From contig JAQGDQ010000363.1 in the NCBI GenBank assembly GCA_030141605.1, forward strand, positions 124,001-188,000: a DNA stretch of 64,000 nt, written 5' to 3'. This document shows, in pieces, positions 12,651 through 23,681 of the stretch. Numbering within the stretch: position 1 is the first letter of the stretch; the number at the start of each line of letters is the position of its first letter. This DNA comes from Tubiluchus corallicola. Its lineage: Eukaryota; Animalia; Priapulida. Both the position numbers and the translations under genes were made by a program. Below the pieces are notes generated by a model. It was not told where the DNA came from and searched no databases. It saw nothing but the letters and a program-made list of their open reading frames with translations.

Positions 12651-13799
12651 ACAATATACAAAGACAGTAAACGTAAAGCTAATAATTTATAGAGGATTAT
12701 GGAATGTTGATTTTGAATCACTTGCAGACTCCCATGCTAGAGGAACAAGTGGCATTGTCACCAATATTTTTCTGTTTTCCATAGATAGATAATACATCTT
12801 CGTCCTTCGTTAAAATAAATGGCTATTGCTTATGCTCATGAAATTTCAACTTACAAATCAAATCGACTATCTGAATTTATCACTTATAGTAACTATGAGC
12901 ATATTACGCATGCGCAGAAATGTATTTAAATTGTACTGAAGGGTTAAGTCTTTAAAGCTGCTGGAGTTTGTTATCGCTTCGTGGGTCGTAAATCTCCCTC
13001 ATACGAGTACTAATGAGGTAATAGTTTTCTTGTAACAAAATATGCTTGCTTTAAGTACCTCAGGGCGGACCGTACCCAATGGGGCGCTCGCTTTGCCCAC
13101 CTTTTCTCAGAGCTCATTACCACTGTATAAGGTCTTCTAATAATGAACCGATGTTTCTTGCAATAATTGCGGAACTCTTTGAAAAATGGCTCCGCAATTT
13201 GGGTTGTTTGAATCTTCTGAGAGGTTTCCTAGGATAGATACGCCCAGGCAGGAAGCCATGCATTCGCAGGAAAACACATGTTGCAGATTTACGCGAGTTT
13301 TCCTTGTGGCCGCTCAAATTATCAGTCACTGAAAACCTCAGAAAACTTCATGAAAGACAACGCTGCTGAGGCGGTCAGACAAGATTTCTCTTAGTCACAA
13401 AAGAGGAGACAAAACAATTCCTATTCTGACACTTAAGTTGTTAATTCACTATTAGACTACTATAACAACTAGACTCTTTACAGGACTTTCCGGAGTCGGT
13501 TGTACCCTAATTTATCGGTCGAGATTTGAGCAAAATCGCTACTCATCTGGATGTTGTTATTGTTGTTGATATTGTTCGCATCTGTGTTTTGTAGACTGTA
13601 GTACTTCGTATGAACACAAAACATCGGAGTTTTTCATTCAGAAAAGGATAGGCTAAGCTTTTAGTACGGTGTTGTATATTAGTTCAAGTTTAAATATGAT
13701 TAAATTTTTAGCAATTGCAAAGCAAACTTGGGAAACAGAAACATTTTATATAAATAAAACAACATTATTTGCTTGTCTACTTGGATTGCTTACTTACGC

Positions 13800-13876
13800 A
13801 CTCACTCATTCGCTCGTTCACTCACTCACTCGCTCGTTCACTCACTCGCTCACTCACTCACTCACTCACTCACTCA

Positions 13877-13929
<53 letters not shown>

Positions 13930-13949
13930 TCACTCACTCACTCACTCAC

Positions 13950-14012
<63 letters not shown>

Positions 14013-14100
14013 CTCACTCACTCACTCATCCACTCACTCACTCAGTCACTGACTCACTCAATCACTCACACACTCACTCGCTCATTTACTCACTCACTTG
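13800..14100. repeat. compound (CACT)n/(CA)n/(CAAT)n microsatellite
   Basis: direct reading. Confidence 0.95.
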
Positions 14101-14371
14101 CTTACTTAACTTTCTCAAACTGGTTACTCAGGAGGTTTATTCATTTGCTTAATTAAACGTTTTCGACAATTTTATAGTGCTGTGTTATAATTATTCATGG
14201 AATGGACAGAGAGCGACATCTGATGAGGTGATTCTATCAACTAAACAAGCAAAATCGATGTTTGCTCATCTTTACTGATTTACATAAGGTAATTTTTAAC
14301 TAGTTTAAAGAAAGCACTACGAAACCCAAGTTCAGTGTCTACAATCTGTACTCGCTTGTCTCATTGTTTAC

Positions 14372-14600
14372 CTTAGGCTCAACAAATAAAAAACAAGTCG
14401 CAACAAAATCATATTAACGTCAGTTCACCTTATCTCTCTTCAGTGTATATTGCAGACTTTAGACGACATAATTCGATTTCAACTGAACAAAAATGTCACG
14501 TTGTTTTTCGCATTACGCATTCACAGCATCAAGCAAAATTACGTGGAAACAGAGAAGCCAAATTACGTTCATCAGTTACATCCAGCAATGACGTTTTTCA
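14372..14600 (-). promoter_or_regulatory. candidate promoter and non-coding first exon of the SLC6 gene
   Basis: minus-strand Inr-like TCAGTT at 14481-14486; donor AAG|GTAAAC at 14371; several TTACG/TGACG bZIP-like half sites upstream. An upstream exon is required because the ATG sits right after an acceptor. Confidence 0.25.
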
Positions 14601-15750
14601 CGTATTGCATATTGGATTAAGATGACAGAATAGAGGACAGGCTTAAGTCTTGATAATACAATATGTATCATGAATATTCCTGACATGAACTCCCGCCTAT
14701 TTAGGGCCACAAAGCCGATTAAAAGACTTAATTTTCTTCACCTCGCCGCCCGCGCCCAGGCTGTTCAACTGAAATAAATAGTGTAGATTCTTTTTGCATG
14801 ACCTGATACGAATCTGATACTGCAGCTGTTCAAAAACCGCTCGGTATGGAGCAGAATTAAGCTGAGAATATCCCAACTAGTTCATACTTGAGCTGCCGCG
14901 GTTAAGTGCCTCTTAAACGTTCTCATTTTTCGTTGTTTGTAAACTTTATTTGCCCCAGGAAGCGAAAGAAGTAACAAGAAATCGTGTATCAGTTATCAAT
15001 TATCCCAGCCCGTTCTCACGAGCTTTCTCTTACACTCTGTAGATGGCGCAGCAAACAACTAATGGTTGCGCAGCACATTGCATGCTGCGCTGTGCAGTAA
15101 TTTCCCGCTGGTAATATATTAATTATCAGTGCATTGTTTATTTTATACGATAACAATGTTACAGATTGTTGAATGTTCACAACATTGTCAGACTCTAAAA
15201 CGGTGTAAGTATGTATCCATTCAGCCATTTAGGAACTTAGGTTTGCCCGATGAACTACGCCATGACAAAATTGTGGAATTTTAATCTATCTGGAGCCACT
15301 GCGTCTCGGCTGGACAAATGGCGTCCAAGTGGCATTAATATATTTTGCTTAGTGAAGGAAAGTAATTTCTCTGGAAGCACTTAGGAACGACTTAGCCTTA
15401 TTATTAACAGATTCTCTCTTTTGTCAACCGGAAGAGAGAAACCCACATACAGCTGTGTCATTGCCTGTGAGTCATCACCGAAGGATATACAATTTTGTAC
15501 ATTATTAGTTTTGTGAATAAAAATATTCTTTGAGGAATACCACATTGTTTACTATTTACTTCAAATCAAATCAATCTTAATGAGAAAACAAATGTTTTAC
15601 GAAAATGTTACCAAATGTAGGAGAGGAGGAATTACCAATTGAGGAGGCCCCAATCTATTTTATAGGAATCTGCAGGCCACATTCACAAACCTATACAAAA
15701 CGTGAATCTTACGTAACATACACTAATTATACTTGAGCCCGTTTTGTATA

Positions 15751-15863
15751 GAGAAAGAGAAAGAAAGAAATTTAGAAAGAAAGAGAGAGAGGAGAGAAAA
15801 AGAAAATGAGGAAAAGAGAGAAAGAAAGCGAAAGAAAAAGAAGCAGAAAGCAGGTGAAAGAGG

Positions 15864-15902
<39 letters not shown>

Positions 15903-16170
15903 AAAACGCGAGGGGAGAGAGACAGATAACCAGAAAGAGTTAGAGGAATAGCTTTCTGGTTGTAGACCGAGATGAATTTAGTGAGTTACAGGAAGACCGA
16001 ACGGTTGTTTATGCTCAATCTCATTTTAATTTACTGTCCAAAATATACATTCTCTTGCCTATAAAAGTTAACAATTATTTATCATATTTGAATAATTAGC
16101 TTAGAAAGTTAATTAACGGCACCGACCGAACACAACTATTGCTTACGTCAGAAACTAACCACAGTTTGTA
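15751..16170. repeat. local duplicate of ~18075-18450 (GA-rich tract plus truncated Kolobok MITE left end)
   Basis: shared unique strings GAAAGCGAAAGAAAA, AGCAGAAAGCAGGTGAA, GATGAATTTAGTGAGTTAC.GGAAGACC. Confidence 0.8.
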
Positions 16171-17195
16171 TAGGCTATTTACAACAACACAGCTGAACCC
16201 TTACAAACAATGATTAGTACACTGAAAGTACCCAATGTTTTAGTGTTATAAATATGCACAAATTTCCAGAAACAAACATGTATAAACAGTTCACAGTTTT
16301 CTAAGAACAGACGTCGTGTTTGGTGCAGATCTTTGTACTTGATCAACTGCATAGATTTATAAATCCTGTAAGAATCGTGTGAACGTGTGGTTGGAAAATT
16401 ATTAAGTCACGTGATTATGTTGCACTAACAATAGTCGGTGTAGAAAGGGATCTTCTTTCCTGTGTAAAAGAACATTTGACGCAACAAACGAAAGAGTTTA
16501 GCAGAAGTAAGTAGAATGGCGAGTGATAAAAGAAGCTGAAGTTGGCAACAACTTTCAATGAACAAAAAGTTCAAGCCAGACAGATTATAAAAATCACAAA
16601 GTTGATTAAATACACTAAACAGCAAATTGTTGTTGCTACATATGTGTTGCATTGTTGGTTTCTATAAATTGTAAAACAATCAATATTATATTTTACAGTT
16701 TTTTTGAAGCTAATTACTTAACCGTAACAAGTATGGGCGTTTGGTGTCTCTAGAGAAATTTTTTGCGTGGAATTCATTTAAAGACAAGAAAAGAGGCAAC
16801 TGAAGTAAGTTTCAAAAAAATCGCCTCAAAAAATTATAATACTTTACAGCAATTTTATGCACATATCGTACTCGCGTTAAAAGAAATTTTTGTTTGTTTC
16901 CATTTTAAATCTCCAGCAATACTGTTCCGACGGCGCCATTACATGACGTTACTACGTTACGTAAATCAGGGGAAAAAAGGCAATGTTAAATTATGACCCA
17001 AAAAACTTTCAGTGCAGATCTATATTACTTAGCATTTCACTTACTTGCTGGAAATACTTATGTAACTGGACTAATTTAAAATGTTTGTGCCAATTGGTAA
17101 AATGTCGCTGACTCACCCTCCAGGGTGCGCCACTCTCTAGCCAAAAACGTACTTATTGACAAGATTCAGTTATTTAAAATTTTACTTAATTAGCA

Positions 17196-17390
17196 ACATG
17201 TATGCTACGAATGCTCTGATTATTTTTTCAAACTTTTCTCAACGTTGTCAAGACTTGTTTTAAACGACCTACCAAACGGTCATCGCAGGAGTTTAAATTT
17301 ACAAGTTTTATACAGCGTTACGGCTGATGCGAGCCATGTATTCGAAAAGATAGTACGAAAGTGGTATAAAATTTCGAGACGAATTTTTTA
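17196..17390 (+). repeat. dispersed repeat, second copy at ~28465-28670
   Basis: shared GGTCATCG..GGAG.TTAAATTTACAAG.TTTATACAG.GTTAC...TATAAAATTTC...ACGAATTTTT. Confidence 0.65.
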
Positions 17391-17936
17391 AGCTTCCTGT
17401 AAGTGGAGGGTTTTCTTGCACTTTCATCAATTTTGCCTAACAAAAATTTTGAATAATTTGTTAAAAAAACATTTAGCCTGCTACCCTTGCGTTTAACATT
17501 GCAAATGGCTGCCAAAAATGAACCCTGTTTATAAGATACTAGCTGCAACACGCGATCACGAAGTTCTAGGACAAAAAGACCGACCGTATTCGAAATTGCG
17601 ATTTGTGAATTTGCTAAACCCACGTCTTAGCAACACGAGGAGAATGGTATGCGATGCATTTTCTAGCTGCCTTCCTTAGAAGTGCTTGTTCAGTTGGAAA
17701 AGCTTAAAGAAACGTGGCTGTTAAAATCCACAGTAAATATTATGTTTAGAGTTTCACAATAAACACGAGTGTTTCCTGCTGCAGTGAGATACGATTGTCA
17801 GCAAGTACAAACTGCTAGAACAACCTACCCACTGAATGAGTAATTACGTATGTATTGAAGGGAACGAAGAGAAAAATGAGGTAGGTATAAGAGAGTGGGG
17901 GAGAAAGGGCAGATAAATGAATGGAGCAGGAATGGG

Positions 17937-17937
<1 letters not shown>

Positions 17938-18009
<72 letters not shown>

Positions 18010-18215
18010 GAGAGAGAGAAGAAAGAGAGAGAACACGTAGACACACACAGAGAGTGAATACGAGAATGAGAGAGAGAAAGAGAAAGAGAAAGAATGAAAA
18101 TTAGAAAGAGAGAGAAAGAGGAGGAAGTAAAAGAAAATGAGGAAAAGAGAGAAAGAAAGCGAAAGAAAAAGGAGCAGAAAGCAGGTGAATGAGAAAGAAA
18201 GAGAGAGAGAGAACA
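17938..18215. repeat. (GA)n microsatellite / GA-rich tract
   Basis: direct reading. Confidence 0.9.
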
Positions 18216-18275
18216 AAAAGCGAAAGGAGACAGACAGATAAGCAGAAAGAGTTACAGATGAATTTAGTGAGTTAC

Positions 18276-18818
18276 GGGAAGACCGGACGATTGTTTAGAC
18301 TCAATCTCATTTTAATTTACTGTGCAAAATATACATTTTTTGGGTTATAAAAGTTAACAATTGTTCCTTATATTTGAATAATCAGCTAGAAAGTTAATTA
18401 ACAGCATTCGAACACAGCTATTGCTTACGTCTGAAACTAACCACAGTTTGTGCAATGGTAGGCGTCTTCCCTTGCGCGTCAAGTACATTTGCCTAGGTGT
18501 TACTGCTTAATAAACGCATGTCACGGAAGATGGGCTCTACATCATATTATGTCAGAAACTAACACAGCAGTTCATGATCATGGTTATCACGGTACCGCCT
18601 TCTATTTGTCGGCCACGCGCACGTGACAAAAAGGCGCCGCTGCCAATCTTAGTAGATTCACTGAGCCACGCGCAGCTTTGAAAGTTTAACGAAATTTGAG
18701 TATCCGAGGTAATTATTATTTAATCTAAGCTTTGATTTAAAAAAAGCTATTGTAGTTTTCAATACTTTACAGCATTCTTTATTCTGAACTCTTGTTTACA
18801 CAATCATTCGGTTGTCCT
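18276..18818. mobile_element. Kolobok/T2-type MITE, second copy
   Basis: colinear and highly similar to 7075-7591; ends CCT+TTAA. Confidence 0.8.
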
Positions 18819-20632
18819 TTAAGCGATGCTGTCTCTGGCAAGTAAAAGGATGGACGACTGCTTTCATATACCTTACTGCCTTTCTAGCTATTTAGCACGT
18901 TGAGGAAGGATGCGTATGCACCAACTTTAATAATTGCCCACGATAGTCAACATCAGTAGATTCATTTCATCATTAATAATAATCTTGAAATTAAGATTGT
19001 GAATAATTAATTAGTTACTACAGATTATTTAAAGCTCAAAGTTAATTACAAAAAATAATCTAATTAACAAGTAATTGCCTAACTCTTACTAGAACTGCTA
19101 AATTGTTGATAAGCTATAAGAATTGAACTGGGACATGTCACAATCATTGCCCAGAGCAGAGTGGTCTAGCGGTCATTCTGCTCGCCTTGTAAGTGAAATG
19201 TCCATGGTTGAAATACAGATTTGTCCTGTCTTTTCACACATTTAATTTTTTTCGGATAAAGCTGATTTCAAAATTTAACAATTATTGTGTGTTCATGGCG
19301 CACTCGAATGATCGCTTTCAGTGTGAATATGCTGCTATTTTCAGATTATGTTGACTAATAATTTTGATGCTCGCAAACTGTTGAAAATCGTTATTCCTGG
19401 AAGGATCATTTTTCATCTTTTGGGAAATTCTCATCTTCTTTTAAAGAAGCTAATTGCTCTTCTACATATATTACCCTAATGAGAAAAGACGGGTGATATT
19501 TATACGGCTTTTTTATTTTTATTGAGTGATATTACACCTGACATAAAGTCTTATTATAGTTAAACGTGATCCGCGTAACCATGGCAACGCGACACAGAGT
19601 TATAAATAGGCAAAAAGTAAAGTATTATTAAGTTAACATTAATGTCGCAGTAAAAAGTAGGTTTTGCCACATTACTCGATGATGTAGAACTACGTTTATG
19701 ATAATCAAAATGTATTTTTGTTGAAATAGACCAGATTTCATGATCAGAATTAGATACAGCCACTTGGTGATTACAATTACAATTACAATTACAACATGAT
19801 GCAATTCAGGCAAATAAATCGGCGTATATTTTCTTGTAGTCTTGCATGCTATATTTTTGGTGAATTTTATTCAATAGTAATTTTTTAGTAAATGGATTGG
19901 TCAGTATTGATCGATTAGGTATTGAAGCAAACTGTAATTTTTTTAAATATCTCCCGCAGATGGCGCCACGTTGTTTCCGGTGGCATGTTCTCGTAATTAT
20001 TCGATATCACTGGTCTGCAAAATGATCATTTGATGACGCTCATGCTTTAGAATTATTAAATCCGCTTCGCACTTTTTTATTACATGTGTAGAAGCTAAAA
20101 TAGCGATAGGCCTCATTAAAACAGCTAAAGCTGCGTCCACACTTGTTCAGACAGGAAAGTGATAAATGCACGACAATTTATGTCAGCTGTACTTAATTTA
20201 TGTCATTTGCAGCATTAATTAAGCTTTGAAAATTGAAAGAAGGAAAGATTCAAAACGCTGCCGCAATTTTTGTAACCATAACAACAGAGACGCGACCACT
20301 CATCTAAGCTCAATTATTATACTTTGCTTGCCTGCCCTTTAAAAGGCTTTAATTTAAGAAGTATCTACGTGTGTATGTCGAATCAACGCTGTTTCCATAA
20401 CAACAGCAAAAAGTCTGGGAAGCCTCCTAAGTGATTTGATTTTGCAGAGGTTCTGTCTTGATACTCATGTGTTTAGGATGCTGTCAACTAATAGATTCGC
20501 GATAGTGAGTGTGAAAAGCATGCCCCGTGAGAGGCAAATAGCAAAAGAATGTTTCCAAATAAATAAACGCGATGCTAAGTGAGAACGTTCAATATTCTGA
20601 ATACAATTCTCATCTTTGCATACAAGAACAGC

Positions 20633-20953
20633 CAGGGCCTATTTCAAGGGGGGGGGGATACTTCCCCGAGGCATCACCCTCCAGTGGGGCCTCGCGCCAA
20701 GGTAATACTCGCGTGCCGTTTGCCAGTATTGACAAGTACTAAGGACTGGTCTGGAGAATAAAGCAGTTTTTCTTTCAATTGTTCTTTCCTTTAACAACTG
20801 TATAACTCCATATTTTCTCTTCGAAAATGCTTCTCCGGCGTTCTAGCAGTTCAAAAATTTTCTGGGCGCCAACCATGGTAGCGCTTGCCCCCCCCCGATG
20901 GGCCCTCACACGCCCCACTTCCCCGGGCCTCGCTTAGGCTGAAATAGGCCCTG
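20633..20953 (+). mobile_element. hAT-type MITE
   Basis: perfect 14-bp TIR CAGGGCCTATTTCA; perfect 8-bp TSD AGAACAGC. Confidence 0.9.
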
Positions 20954-21014
20954 AGAACAGCGCGTATAACTCCTGCGCTTTCACCTCGGCACATGCAACC
21001 TCAGAATCTTGTAA

Positions 21015-21850
21015 CAAGGTACCCGAGGTTGCAGGCAGCCAAAAGTGTCAAGCATGCGCATTAATCCACGTAGTTTTTCACTGCTTGACCCTCCCCAATG
21101 AAAACTTTGTGAATTAAAAAAGATATTTCATTAATCGGGTAGCAAGGTACCCGAGGTTGCAGGCAGCTAAGGGTGTCAAGCATGCGCATTAATCCACGTA
21201 GTTTTTCACTGCTTGAGCCTCTCCAATGAAAACTTTGTGAATTAAAAAAGATATTTCATTAATCGGGTAGCAAGGTACCCGAGGTTGCAGGCAGCCAAAA
21301 GTGTCAAGCATGCGCATTAATCCACGTAGTTTTTCACTGCTTGACCCTCCCCAATGAAAACTTTGTGAATTAAAAAAGATATTTCATTAATCGGGTAGCA
21401 AGGTACCCGAGGTTGCAGGCAGCTAAGGGTGTCAAGCATGCGCATTAATCCACGTAGTTTTTCACTGCTTGAGCCTCTCCAATGAAAACTTTGTGAATTA
21501 AAAAAGATATTTCATTTATCGGGTAGCAAGGTACCCGAGGTTGCAGGCAGCCAAGAGTGTCAAGCATGCGCATTAGTCCACGTAGTTTTTCACTGCTTGA
21601 GCCTCCCCAATGAAAACTTTGTGAATTAAAAAAGATATTTCATTAATCGGGTAGCAAGGTACCCGAGGTTGCAGGCAGCTAAGGGTGTCAAGCATGCGCA
21701 TTAATCCACGTAGTTTTTCACTGCTTGAGCCTCTCCAATGAAAAATTTGTGAATTAAAAAAGATATTTCATTAATCGGGTAGCAAGGTACCCGAGGTTGC
21801 AGACAGTCAGAAGCGTTAAGCAAGTGCATTAATCAACGTACTTTCTCCAT
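21015..21850. repeat. 128-bp tandem array, 6 full units plus a diverged partial unit
   Basis: CAAGGTACCCGAGGTTGCA starts at 21015, 21143, 21271, 21399, 21527, 21655, 21783. Confidence 0.95.
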
Positions 21851-23099
21851 TCTTTAAGCCTCCTCATGGGGCGTTATTAACCAATGAGCTAACTAAGCTA
21901 TTGCCAAGGACGCCAAAATTTGAATGACGTCACATTTTAGGCGCCAAATTTTAAAAAAATTCTTACCCTCCTCGGAAAATGCGCTTCCGTTCATATTCAT
22001 GTAAAACAAGCATTGTGGAATACACCACAGGCAGTTACTGTGACCTGTTGCTATATAAGTGCCACATAACGAACAACTGCAAGGTACTACACAACAAGCA
22101 GTTGCCTAGCCTGCCTATATATAAAAGTAGGTCATATACACGTAATTTTAGCAATGACAATGTAGAAATTAGGATAATAGTAATACTACATAATACACCA
22201 CTAGTAATTAATCTTTGAGTATATAATTTATCATAAATTGGCAATACAGGGCGGAACATGTCTATTAACCTAGGGCGTCGGGAAGTTTTGCTCCTACTCC
22301 TGCGCCCTCATTTATCGGGTAACAAGGTACCCGAGATTGTAGACAGCCAGAAGTGCCGAGCATGCGCATTAACACAGTTCAGTAACAGCATAAACATCGT
22401 TCAAATCTCGTTTTTCTGGTCATTGCAGCTCTTTATAATGTTCAGTTCATACTTCACTCAGCAGAAGATCTAGAATATCTACTGCTAAACACGAAAGAAA
22501 AAGTTGACTTTTAAAACATAAATTACCTATTTTTTACTAGAGTCGACTACAATGTGCTTTCACTCGTCATCGAGAACCACGTTCTTGTGCCATTGTGAAA
22601 AACATTTAGAAAAAACAGATTTGTAAAGATACTATACCACCATAATACAGCACAGTGCAACATACGTAATCTTTATTGCAAGTGAGTTTATTACATTGCT
22701 GGTGGGAATGAAATGTGAAAAAAATTTATTCGAACTCGGGACCATCGAGTTACCAGCGCCTCCTCTTAGACCACATAGTCCCTTGACATAAGTGCACATT
22801 CTAATTCAATCCAAATGGTTTGTCAATCATTCAGTATGTCAAAGTGTTGCAGTACGGTACTTTTACTAACTAAATAAATTTGTTGGTTTAGAGTTTTAGT
22901 CAGAACTTTTAATAATTTTAGCCTAGAATATGCTCAATTGAGTAAATTAACACTTGGACTGATTGATGAACGTCTTGATCACAAGGAGCTGAGTGGTCTG
23001 ATGATCTAAATCATTGAACCTGTAACTCTGTTTCCAGTTTTTCCCCCATTATGTTTCTTTTTTCATCAATTTCATTAAATTTATGGACAACTTTGGCTA

Positions 23100-23681
23100 G
23101 GTTTTACTACATGTTCGATTTAACAATCAGTTATAGGAAAACAAGTGTTACTTTCTTATCTATTAGGACCAAAAGTCTGGGATGAGATATGTTAATCCGC
23201 AAAAAATAGCAGATCTATTACTAGATTTAAAAAATGCTAAAAAATCAAATTTTCAAAACTTCTATCAGTATCCATCCTCACAGCTGTGGCAAAACAGTGG
23301 TGTTGTCTTAATCAGGTTATCTTAATTTTGTATACTATTAACAAATAATAGTCTTTCTATCTTTTATATCATCTCATATATGAACTTCATTCATTACATC
23401 ATTCCATTTTAAGCACTAATGTTTTTTTATCATACGATTCATTTCAAATTTTCGGATTATTTTCATTACTTTTTTTTCTTTCACAGTGTGGGACAAGCCC
23501 TGCTTTTTGATTGCCCGCAACATATTTACATTCGTATATAGGTGAACAGTGTTTGAGGCTTTTCTTGTGCAGAAACAATAAAAATTTATTTGTATTATGT
23601 TCATTGTAGGCCCTTTCACTAGATATTGTACATGAAACTATTGTAAATGTGTAATGTCAAATAAATGACTTATGACTTATC
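23100..23681 (+). mobile_element. LINE (L2/Crack-like) 3' remnant
   Basis: decayed ORF2 end LGPKVWDEI...SITRFKKC*K; AATAAA at 23660 followed by (TGACTTA)2 tail. Confidence 0.55.

Noticed and set aside
21015-21850. CRISPR-like regular repeats
   Set aside because: Whole 128-bp units are repeated with no unique spacers, no cas genes, and a eukaryotic context. The same holds for the 183-, 40- and 29-bp arrays.
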